Source: an uncultured Alistipes sp.
GTDB lineage: Bacteria; Bacteroidota; Bacteroidia; Bacteroidales; Rikenellaceae
Direction of reading: 5' to 3'
Length of the DNA stretch: 64,000 nt
Assembly (NCBI GenBank): GCA_964431265.1
Contig: CAYSJF010000001.1
Location: forward strand, 1,358 to 65,357
The notes under the pieces are model-generated. The model was given only the letters and a program-made list of their open reading frames with translations. It made no database searches and was not told the DNA's origin. Positions 35,369 to 43,312 of this stretch are shown here, piece by piece. Position numbers and translations under genes: made by a program. How positions within the stretch are numbered: position 1 is the first letter of the stretch; every line of letters starts with the position of its first letter.

Positions 35369-37540
35369 TTATTTTTCGAAGCGGATTTCGTCGAGCAGCC
35401 AGTCGGCGCCGGCATACTTCTCGATCACCCACATCACATAGCGGATATCCACGCACACCGTGCGCGAAAGTCCGGGGTGGAACCACACGTCGCCGGCCAT
35501 CGACTCGCGGTTGCCGTCGAACGCCAGGCCGATCAGCCTGCCGCGGCCGTCGAGCACGGGACTGCCCGAATTGCCGCCCGTGATATCGTTGTCGGTCAGG
35601 AAATCGACATACAACTTGCCTTTTTCGCCCCAGCGGCCCCAGTCTTCGGAGGCCAGGAGCGTACGCAGCCGGTCGTCGACCCGATATTCGTATTGTCCGG
35701 GGTCGAACTTCTCGCTGTAGCCCGCGATCGTCGAGCGCGAATCGTAGTGCACCCCGTCGGCCGAAGCCAGGGGCGTCACCTTGCCATAGGAAAGACGCAT
35801 CGTCGAGTTGGCATTGGGATATTGCGGCACGCCCTGCGCCTCGCGGAAATCGTAAAGCGCATGGGCATAGCTCTTTTCCGCTGCGCTCACCTGCACCTTC
35901 GCCCGTTTTTCCACCCGCTCCACCGCTCCGGTGAAGCGCTGCACGAACACCGAGCCGGCCAGCGTCACCAGCGGGTCGCGGCGCAACTCCGCCACCGCGC
36001 AATCCGTCGCGAAGCGGGCATCGTAGCGCTCGGCCGACGAGCAGATCGAGGCGTCGAACGCCTCGCGGGCCATGCGGTCGGCATCGCCGCCCGCCCGGTC
36101 GAACATCGTCGCCAGCCCCTCGCCCCACATGGCGCGCGGCACCGACGAAGTGAAGTTGGTCAGCATGCGGGCCAGCAGGTCGCGATCGGCGTCGGGATCG
36201 TAGTTGCGCCGCAGGCGCGACGCCCCCTCGACGATTCCCTGCGCATCGCGGTCGGTCAGCCGCAGCGTGTCGCGATGCTGACGGTCGAGTTTGTCCAGAA
36301 ACGACACGATCCGGTTGGCCGCGAGCAGCGCCTGGCTGGGGCCTAACCACGATTCGCGGAAGTGGTTGAGATGCCGCTCGGCATCGCGCCGCGCGCCGTA
36401 GCCGCGCTCCAGGTCGGCGAGCAGCGACCCGTATTGGGCCTGCCGCGCCGAGTCGGCGTCGATCCACCGCTGCATGGCCCGCTCCTCTTGGCGCCGGACG
36501 TCGGCCACGCCGAACCGCTGCAGGCATCTGTTCTCCCACTTGGCATAGTCGGCATAGTTGCTCAACCCGAAATAGGCGTCGGAATAGGCCATGCGCACCT
36601 TGGGATCGCGCTCCATGTGGCGGCGCAGAATATCCATCCGCTCGTGGCGGTTCTTCACCACGATCGGGTTGCGCACCTGCTGCTTCTCCTCGATCGCATA
36701 CGACGAGGCATAGCGGTTCGTGCGGCCCGGATAGCCGACCACCATGGCGAAATCACCGTCGTGCACCCCTTTGGTCGCCACGCTCAACACGCGGCGGGGC
36801 TTCAGCGGCACATTGTCGGGACTGTACGCCGCCGGACGGCCGTCGGGCGCGGCATAGACGCGGTAGAGTGCGAAATCGCCCTTATGCTGGGGCCAGCCCC
36901 AGTTGTCGTAGTCGCCGCCGAACGAGCCGATCGACACCGGAGGCGCCCCCACCAACCGCACGTCGCGGTAGACATCGTAGTAGCACATCAAAAAGAGCCG
37001 GTCGCCCCACATCGCCACGCACGACACCTCGCAATCGGTCTCGGCGCCGTATTTGTTTTCCAGATCGGCATAGAGCCGGCGCATCGACATCTTGCCCCAT
37101 GCACCAGCCGCCTTGCGCTCGGCGATCATCGCCTGCGCCTCGGCCGTCACATCGACCGCCCGGCGCAGAAACGAGACGCTCTTGCCCGCCACGGGAATTT
37201 CGTCCTCATGCCTGCGCGCCCAGAAACCCTCCTCCAAATAGTTGTGCTCGGGAGTCGACAGCGCGCAGATGTCGCTGAAAGCCACGTGGTGGTTGGTAAT
37301 CATCAGCCCCCGGTCGGAAATCATGCTTCCCGACCCCATGCCGCCGTCGACCGCCACCACGGCATCGGCCAGCGCGGCCGACTCCTCGTCGTAGATCGCC
37401 TGCGGCGACAGCTTCAGCCCTTCGGCCCGCATGCGGGGATATATCTCCCGAAGCCGCTGCACGAGCCACATCCCCTCGTCGGCCCGCGCCGAACCGGCAA
37501 CGAGCAGCAAGAGGGCGCCCAGCACCCATATCCGTTTCAT
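35369..37540 (-). CDS. S46 family dipeptidyl peptidase (DPP7-like)
   Basis: ADEGMWL, TNHHVA, DNWGWPQHKGDF, DITGGNSGSP...AFDGN. Gly at the specificity position favours DPP7 over DPP11. Confidence 0.93.
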   Translation of the reverse strand: MKRIWVLGALLLLVAGSARADEGMWLVQRLREIYPRMRAEGLKLSPQAIYDEESAALADAVVAVDGGMGSGSMISDRGLMITNHHVAFSDICALSTPEHNYLEEGFWARRHEDEIPVAGKSVSFLRRAVDVTAEAQAMIAERKAAGAWGKMSMRRLYADLENKYGAETDCEVSCVAMWGDRLFLMCYYDVYRDVRLVGAPPVSIGSFGGDYDNWGWPQHKGDFALYRVYAAPDGRPAAYSPDNVPLKPRRVLSVATKGVHDGDFAMVVGYPGRTNRYASSYAIEEKQQVRNPIVVKNRHERMDILRRHMERDPKVRMAYSDAYFGLSNYADYAKWENRCLQRFGVADVRRQEERAMQRWIDADSARQAQYGSLLADLERGYGARRDAERHLNHFRESWLGPSQALLAANRIVSFLDKLDRQHRDTLRLTDRDAQGIVEGASRLRRNYDPDADRDLLARMLTNFTSSVPRAMWGEGLATMFDRAGGDADRMAREAFDASICSSAERYDARFATDCAVAELRRDPLVTLAGSVFVQRFTGAVERVEKRAKVQVSAAEKSYAHALYDFREAQGVPQYPNANSTMRLSYGKVTPLASADGVHYDSRSTIAGYSEKFDPGQYEYRVDDRLRTLLASEDWGRWGEKGKLYVDFLTDNDITGGNSGSPVLDGRGRLIGLAFDGNRESMAGDVWFHPGLSRTVCVDIRYVMWVIEKYAGADWLLDEIRFEK

Positions 37541-37560
37541 AACTCAACCGTTTTTTTGAC

Positions 37561-37601
37561 GGAGGGCGGGCGTCGTCCGTTCGGTTCGACGCCCGCCCTC
37601 C
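37561..37601. repeat. Strong intergenic hairpin without a minus-strand U-tract
   Basis: GGAGGGCGGGCGTCG/CGACGCCCGCCCTCC perfect 15-bp inverted repeat. Confidence 0.7.
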
Positions 37602-37608
37602 GATCGTT

Positions 37609-39573
37609 CTACTTCTTCTTCTGCACGACCGTGCGCCCCGGGGCGGGGAACTTCAGTCGCGGGTCGGCCTCCTGGAACGTGCCGTCGGCCATGCGCAGCG
37701 TCCATTTCTCGGCCTGGAAAATGTCGCTCCAGATGCGCGCATCGTTCCACATCGACCGTACATAGTGGATCCGCATGACGGGCGTCACGCCGTGCAGCAC
37801 GAAATCGACCGAAACGATGCCGTCGGTGCACGAAAGGAAGCTCTTGAAATAAGGTATCGCCTGACGCACCAGCGGTTTGTCGATCATCGGCACCTCCATT
37901 TCATACACCGCCTTGGGATAAGCCGTGTCGTCGCCCCACTTTTCGAGGTTGGCCACGAAACGGCCCGACAGCTTCTCGACATCGCGGAACATGATCGCCA
38001 CGAACTCCTCGCGCGACACCTGTGCGCCTTCGGCCGCATAGCTCTTCAGCTCGGTGTGCATGGGGATCGTCTTTTCGCCGTCCTTGACCTTCATCACCAG
38101 CTCCTTGGCGTCGATCGCGCAGGCGAAAGTCTTCTGGTCGATCTGTGCCGCCGGATCGACATACACCGTCACATCGACCGGGCAGGCGAACTCGGCCGAA
38201 AAACCGTATACGCCCTTGATGCGCTGGAGCACCATGCCGAAATAGACCATGTCCATGCGGTCGTGCAACCCCTCGACACCCAGTTTCACCACGTCGAGCA
38301 TCGGCACGCTCTCGTCGGGCGTGGCATACTTGCGCAGCGTGGGGGTGAAGATCGCAGCCTGAATCTTCAGCTCGTCGGTCGCAGCGGGATCATAGGTCAC
38401 CACCACGCCGTGACGTCGCACGAACGTCCGCACGCCATAGACGCCCGGCACGTTCTGCATCTTCGCCGCGAAGGCTTTCGACGAACCGAAGCACTTGATC
38501 GTCTGCAGCCCATCCATCTCGAAAGTCTCCAGATGCTCGACCTGCTCGTAGTCGCCCCACTTCTCGTCGATGGTGGGCAGTTCGAGCGTCGTACCCAGCC
38601 ACAGAGCCGCGCCGAACAGCGCCGCAGCCAGCAGCCCCGGCACCCAGCGGCAGGCCGTATGGCCGTTCACCTGCAAAGCACCCGAAGCGCACGAGGAGAT
38701 GCACTGCCCGCACAACGTGCAGTCGACATGCCGGACTTTCACATCGTCATGAATGGGAATATGATAGGGACATTTGCGTTCGCAAAGGCGGCAATTGTTG
38801 CAAAGCGCCGCATCGCACTGCACGTACATCAGCGGCACGACGCTGCTTTTCAGCCGTATGGCCTCCACGAAGAACGCCACCGCGCACACCGCGGCCAGCA
38901 CCCACACCCAGGCGCCCTCCACGCCGCAGTAGTCGAGCACCCAGATCGCCACGGCGGCCAGCACGGCCAGCGGCAGGAACTTGAAGATGTTGCTCATGGC
39001 GCCCAGCGGGCAGACATACTTGCACCAGAACATCTTCACGACCATGCCGCCCAAAAGCAGCAGCGCGAGGCTCGTGATCGACATCAGCAACACGATTTCG
39101 CCCTTGAATCCCGTAGCGACGGCATAATAGGGGTCGATCTTCTTGCAGAACAATTCGCTCGACGAGAGCGTGAAATAGAGGATCGTGAAGAGCAGCACAT
39201 ATTTCACGGCGCGCAACCAGCGGTCGGCCGCGCTGCCTGCGGGCACGTCGATCTGCAGACGCAGCCCCTTGCCTATGCGGCCCATCATCTCGCCCACCGT
39301 ACCCAGCGGGCACAGATAGCCGCAGAACAGTTTCGAGAAGAGCACTACGCCTGCGGCCAGCACCAAGCCCATCATGATCTGGAGCATCGACATCGAGCAG
39401 GCCAGCGAATGGTTCACCAGATAGGTGCCGAACGCCTGCAGACCGCCGAACGGGCAGTATTTCTCGACATCGACCGCCGTGTCCGAATAGACGCCCCAAC
39501 AGATCGTGCCGACGATAGCCGCCAGCACGCCCCATTGCAGGAGGTGTTTCAAATAATTGGGTTTCCGTTTCAT
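37609..39573 (-). CDS. Membrane polyferredoxin (4Fe-4S binding, NapH/YccM-like) with C-terminal HMA-like domains
   Basis: CPFGG, FCGYLCPLG, WCKYVCPLG, two CxxCxxCxxxC ferredoxin motifs, several TM helices, C-terminal ferredoxin-like alpha/beta repeats. Confidence 0.85.
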   Translation of the reverse strand: MKRKPNYLKHLLQWGVLAAIVGTICWGVYSDTAVDVEKYCPFGGLQAFGTYLVNHSLACSMSMLQIMMGLVLAAGVVLFSKLFCGYLCPLGTVGEMMGRIGKGLRLQIDVPAGSAADRWLRAVKYVLLFTILYFTLSSSELFCKKIDPYYAVATGFKGEIVLLMSITSLALLLLGGMVVKMFWCKYVCPLGAMSNIFKFLPLAVLAAVAIWVLDYCGVEGAWVWVLAAVCAVAFFVEAIRLKSSVVPLMYVQCDAALCNNCRLCERKCPYHIPIHDDVKVRHVDCTLCGQCISSCASGALQVNGHTACRWVPGLLAAALFGAALWLGTTLELPTIDEKWGDYEQVEHLETFEMDGLQTIKCFGSSKAFAAKMQNVPGVYGVRTFVRRHGVVVTYDPAATDELKIQAAIFTPTLRKYATPDESVPMLDVVKLGVEGLHDRMDMVYFGMVLQRIKGVYGFSAEFACPVDVTVYVDPAAQIDQKTFACAIDAKELVMKVKDGEKTIPMHTELKSYAAEGAQVSREEFVAIMFRDVEKLSGRFVANLEKWGDDTAYPKAVYEMEVPMIDKPLVRQAIPYFKSFLSCTDGIVSVDFVLHGVTPVMRIHYVRSMWNDARIWSDIFQAEKWTLRMADGTFQEADPRLKFPAPGRTVVQKKK

Positions 39574-39688
39574 CTATTGTCTGTTGTTTGTGTGTATACG
39601 CACCTCCGCGCACGAAGCCGCAGTCCCGAAAGACCGCGATTCGCCCGCACAGGGTGCAAGTCGTCGTGCGACCGTCGTCCGAAAACAT

Positions 39689-39720
39689 GCACGGGGGAGC
39701 TTTCGGCAGCCCCCCTGTGC
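39689..39720 (-). terminator. Possible intrinsic terminator or stabilising hairpin after the FISUMP gene
   Basis: Imperfect GC stem GCACGGGGG...CCCCCTGTGC followed by ATGTTTT on the minus strand. Confidence 0.5.
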
Positions 39721-39739
39721 ACAGATTTCCGCAGACGGT

Positions 39740-40555
39740 CTATTCGTTCTTGATGCAGCGGACGGAAGCTGCGCCGTAACCGTTCTGGAAGCTCGCCTGC
39801 AAACGGTTGTACATTGCATTGTAGGTAATCATACCGGCATAATACTGGATATTCTTGACCCCCGACGTCGCATCGCCCGTCGTGTTGTAGGTCACCTGAT
39901 ACCCCGTCGAGCTGGCATAATACGCCATGCCGAACTTGCCGGCACCGTCCTCGGCTTTCGATTCGATAGCCATATAAGCCGGGGTCGCCGTGTTGTTGTT
40001 CGCATTGATATAGCCGCAGGTCAGCAGATTGAAACCGTCGGCGTTCAGCGCGGGAATCGGAGCGCCCATCGACTCGGCCTCGAAATAGGGCGACGTCGGA
40101 TCGGACAGATTGCCGCTGCCCTGGCCGGCCAGCTTGAGCCACTCGGCGCACGTCGGCACATGCCAGCCGTCGGGGCAGATGCCCTGCACGCCCTCGTACT
40201 TATCGTAATTCTTGTCCGACATCTCGCCCTCCATGCCCAGCAGCACGGGATAGCTGTACAGCAGACCGTCGGTCTCGACACGGCTCGCATCGGCATTCTT
40301 GTCCAGATCGCAAGGATTCCACACGCCGTTGCCATCGGCCGGATCGCTCGACACGGTCTTGCCTTCGGGCACGTAGCGCAGGTTCTCGGCCATCCAGGTG
40401 CGGCCGTCCTTGAGCGTGACGGTCTGATACTTCACGCCGCCCCACGTCACGGTGCCGTCATCTGCGGGGGGGGGTACGGGGCCGTTGTCGTCCTTGTCCG
40501 AACATGCTGCGAACGCCAAACCTGCGAACGCCAGAAGTGCAAATAAGTTTTTCAT
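39740..40555 (-). CDS. FISUMP (Fibrobacter major paralogous domain) lipoprotein
   Basis: Lipobox FAAC, YQTV...WMAENLRY, GLLY, QGICPDGWHVPT..EW, SVRCIK. Confidence 0.88.
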   Translation of the reverse strand: MKNLFALLAFAGLAFAACSDKDDNGPVPPPADDGTVTWGGVKYQTVTLKDGRTWMAENLRYVPEGKTVSSDPADGNGVWNPCDLDKNADASRVETDGLLYSYPVLLGMEGEMSDKNYDKYEGVQGICPDGWHVPTCAEWLKLAGQGSGNLSDPTSPYFEAESMGAPIPALNADGFNLLTCGYINANNNTATPAYMAIESKAEDGAGKFGMAYYASSTGYQVTYNTTGDATSGVKNIQYYAGMITYNAMYNRLQASFQNGYGAASVRCIKNE

Positions 40556-40575
40556 AGTCGTAAAATATTTAAAGG

Positions 40576-42069
40576 TTAAAAATCATAGCCCACGCTCAGC
40601 ACGGCCCGCACCCGATCGGCCCGCTTCAGGAGCTGCAGCCCGAACCCGCGTTCGTATCGGGCCGACAGATCGATGTAGAACCCATGGATATGGCAGCGTA
40701 CCCCGGCTCCGACGCCCAGCCGATCGGCCGTAAGATACTCGTTTTCATAGTCGTACCACTCCGTCAGCTGCGTCGGATAGGCCCCCGGTTCGGCTGCGGT
40801 TTCGAGCCTGCTCGCCCGTTCGCCGAAGCCGCCCTTGCGGAAATCGGCCGCCACGTTCAGCTCCCAACGGCCGAACCGCTGCACCCAGTCGGTCCACAGC
40901 GATCCCCAGTGCAGCCGCTGCTCGCGGACATAGGGGTACATCAACGTCGACTGACGGTCGAGGAACGATCCCGTCGCTCCCACGCGCAGATCGGTGCGCG
41001 GCGTCGTCCATTCGTATTCGGCCCGCACTTCGAGCATGCGGCGCCCGAAGATCGGCGCCGAACCGTGCACCTGCGGCGTGGCCACGCCGTTGACCGTCTC
41101 ATAGGAGACGATGTTCTCGCGGTTGTCGAGCCGCTCCCACTCCAGCCCCAGCCGCAAATCATGACGGCTCTCCGCCCGGCCCAACGTCAAAGCCGCGGAG
41201 GCTTCCACATCGTGGGTTTCGAATTCGTGCCAGGCGACCCGTTCGCCCGTTTCGCCCTGCCTGAACCGATAGGCGGCTTCGACATGCCAGGCTCCGTACT
41301 GCATGCCCAGCGCGGCGCCCTGCGTGGTCTGCTTCACCGGGAAGCCCGTGACGCCCGCCGTCGTGAGATGCAGGTCGTTGCTCTCCCACAGCTGCAGGGC
41401 GCCATAGCGCAGGCCGCGGTCAAAGAACGCCATATAGGATTCGGCCGACACGCCGATCTCCTCGGCTTCGATCTTCTCGCGATCGACCCCCACGATGTAG
41501 GCCGCCGCGACGGCGAAACGCCCCGCACGATACATCGCGCTCGGTGCGCACTCGAAATCGAGCCGCGTGTTCTTGTGGCGCAAGTCCTTGCGCTTGGCAT
41601 AGTTGCGGGCCATGAAATCGACATGCAGGCCCCCTGTCCAACGCTCGCCCAGCACGGCCGACAGCGCACCCGCGAAAGCATAGGTCTCGCGCACCTTGCG
41701 CCCCGGCGTGAACTCCACGATATCGACCGGATACAGCCCGGGCACCGTGAAGATCGACCCGCACATGTTGCGGCCGTCGAAATAGTCGTAGGAGAACCCT
41801 CCGGCGAACGAAATCTTCTCCAAATGACGGATCGAAGCGGTGCGCGCCCCGGCGTTCCAGCTGTCGTCCGACGCCGAACGGTCGATCATCCCGCCGTTCT
41901 CCTTGACGAAATAGACTTCGGCGAACGACCGGCTCGCCGTATCCTGCCGGATGCCGGCCGCCATGCCCCCGCCGTTCCAGGGATTGCGCCGCGCCACCCG
42001 CTCGAAACGCTCCTGCGCCGCAACGCTGCCGAGCGACAGCACCGCCAGCAAAACGAATATCCGTCTCAT
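40576..42069 (-). CDS. Outer-membrane beta-barrel protein (DUF6850-like)
   Basis: Signal peptide, amphipathic strands, AKRKDLRH motif, C-terminal GYDF. Third gene of the TonB-DUF4876 trio. Confidence 0.7.
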   Translation of the reverse strand: MRRIFVLLAVLSLGSVAAQERFERVARRNPWNGGGMAAGIRQDTASRSFAEVYFVKENGGMIDRSASDDSWNAGARTASIRHLEKISFAGGFSYDYFDGRNMCGSIFTVPGLYPVDIVEFTPGRKVRETYAFAGALSAVLGERWTGGLHVDFMARNYAKRKDLRHKNTRLDFECAPSAMYRAGRFAVAAAYIVGVDREKIEAEEIGVSAESYMAFFDRGLRYGALQLWESNDLHLTTAGVTGFPVKQTTQGAALGMQYGAWHVEAAYRFRQGETGERVAWHEFETHDVEASAALTLGRAESRHDLRLGLEWERLDNRENIVSYETVNGVATPQVHGSAPIFGRRMLEVRAEYEWTTPRTDLRVGATGSFLDRQSTLMYPYVREQRLHWGSLWTDWVQRFGRWELNVAADFRKGGFGERASRLETAAEPGAYPTQLTEWYDYENEYLTADRLGVGAGVRCHIHGFYIDLSARYERGFGLQLLKRADRVRAVLSVGYDF

Positions 42070-43307
42070 GACTCCCGCAACGATTGCGTCTCCCGCTCGT
42101 AAAAGTCGTTCGACGAGTTATTGGTATCCATATAAACCTCGAATCCGTGCTCCTGCGTGGCCTCCTCGTCCAGCCGGCGGTGCACCGTATGGCCCTGACG
42201 CACGCCCGAGTAGCCGACCGCCCCGGCATCGACGTCGGGCCGCAGGCGCTTGTTGTTCGTCGCGCCCGTATTGTCGGAGACCTCCACGCCGTCGACGATC
42301 CATTCCCACGGCACCTTGGAGTAGACGATGTTGCCGCTCAAGATCGTCGACTGCAGGTCGTCGGCCAGATAACTCTCCAGATCGAAATCGGCCGGAGCGC
42401 GGAACAGGATCACGGCCGGCGACATCTCCGAAATCACATAGGTATTGGCGCCGTTCTGACCGCTGCGGCCCGTCTTCTTGAGCACCTTGAGCCACCGCTC
42501 CTGACGGATCCGGTCGCCCGGTGCCGGCGTAGGCCATGTACCGGTGCCCGGATAGAGCAGCTGGTCGTAGAGCACGAAATACTCCTCGCGGTTCAGATTC
42601 ACCGACTGCGAATAGGTCTGCGTATGATCCACGCCCCAATAGGCGATCACGGCGTCGGCGCCCGGTTCGAGCGCGAAATCCTCGCCGCTCCCGGGGAACT
42701 GCCAGATCGCATCGGGCACGGCGGCATAGTCGCGGAAAACGATGTTGCCCGACGGATCGAAACTCGTCCAGGGGTTCGACTGCACCTTGGAGTTGTAGGG
42801 CGCCACCATACACAGACACAGCCCGTCGAGATACTGCGTCGTGCCGCTGTTGTTGTGCAGCACGATATATTTATCATAGGTATAGGAGTCGGGCTTGTCG
42901 TCCATCGGACAGCCGGCCGAATAGACCTCCTTGACGACCACGCTCCCGGCCCACGAGAAACCCAGCACCAGGTCGAGCGACACGTCGCCGGCGATCAGAT
43001 CGACCTGCTCGACCGTGCCGTTGAAGATCGACGAGGGATCGGGCTTGTCCGACACCGCCAAACGATAACGCCCCGTCATCACCCGAAACTCCACGGCGCC
43101 CGACGCATCGGTGAGGGCCGTATAGACATTGGACGAATTGCGGTCGGTCAGCGTCACGGCCACGCCCTCGCGCAGACGGTCGCCGTGTCCCTCGGGATAG
43201 ACCAGCCGCACGCTCAACCGACGCACATCGTCGCCATAGGGATTCCGGTCGAACGACATGCAGGCCGTCGCGACGAGCAGCAACGCATATATCGATAACT
43301 TTTTCAT
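42066..43307 (-). CDS. DUF4876-like lipoprotein
   Basis: Start MKKLSIY with lipobox ATAC. VKEVYSAGC, DKYIVLHNN, WIVDGVEV, MDTNNSSNDF. The ORF-track extension to 43928 overlaps the TonB gene. Confidence 0.8.
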   Translation of the reverse strand: MKKLSIYALLLVATACMSFDRNPYGDDVRRLSVRLVYPEGHGDRLREGVAVTLTDRNSSNVYTALTDASGAVEFRVMTGRYRLAVSDKPDPSSIFNGTVEQVDLIAGDVSLDLVLGFSWAGSVVVKEVYSAGCPMDDKPDSYTYDKYIVLHNNSGTTQYLDGLCLCMVAPYNSKVQSNPWTSFDPSGNIVFRDYAAVPDAIWQFPGSGEDFALEPGADAVIAYWGVDHTQTYSQSVNLNREEYFVLYDQLLYPGTGTWPTPAPGDRIRQERWLKVLKKTGRSGQNGANTYVISEMSPAVILFRAPADFDLESYLADDLQSTILSGNIVYSKVPWEWIVDGVEVSDNTGATNNKRLRPDVDAGAVGYSGVRQGHTVHRRLDEEATQEHGFEVYMDTNNSSNDFYERETQSLRES

Positions 43308-43312
43308 CGCTT

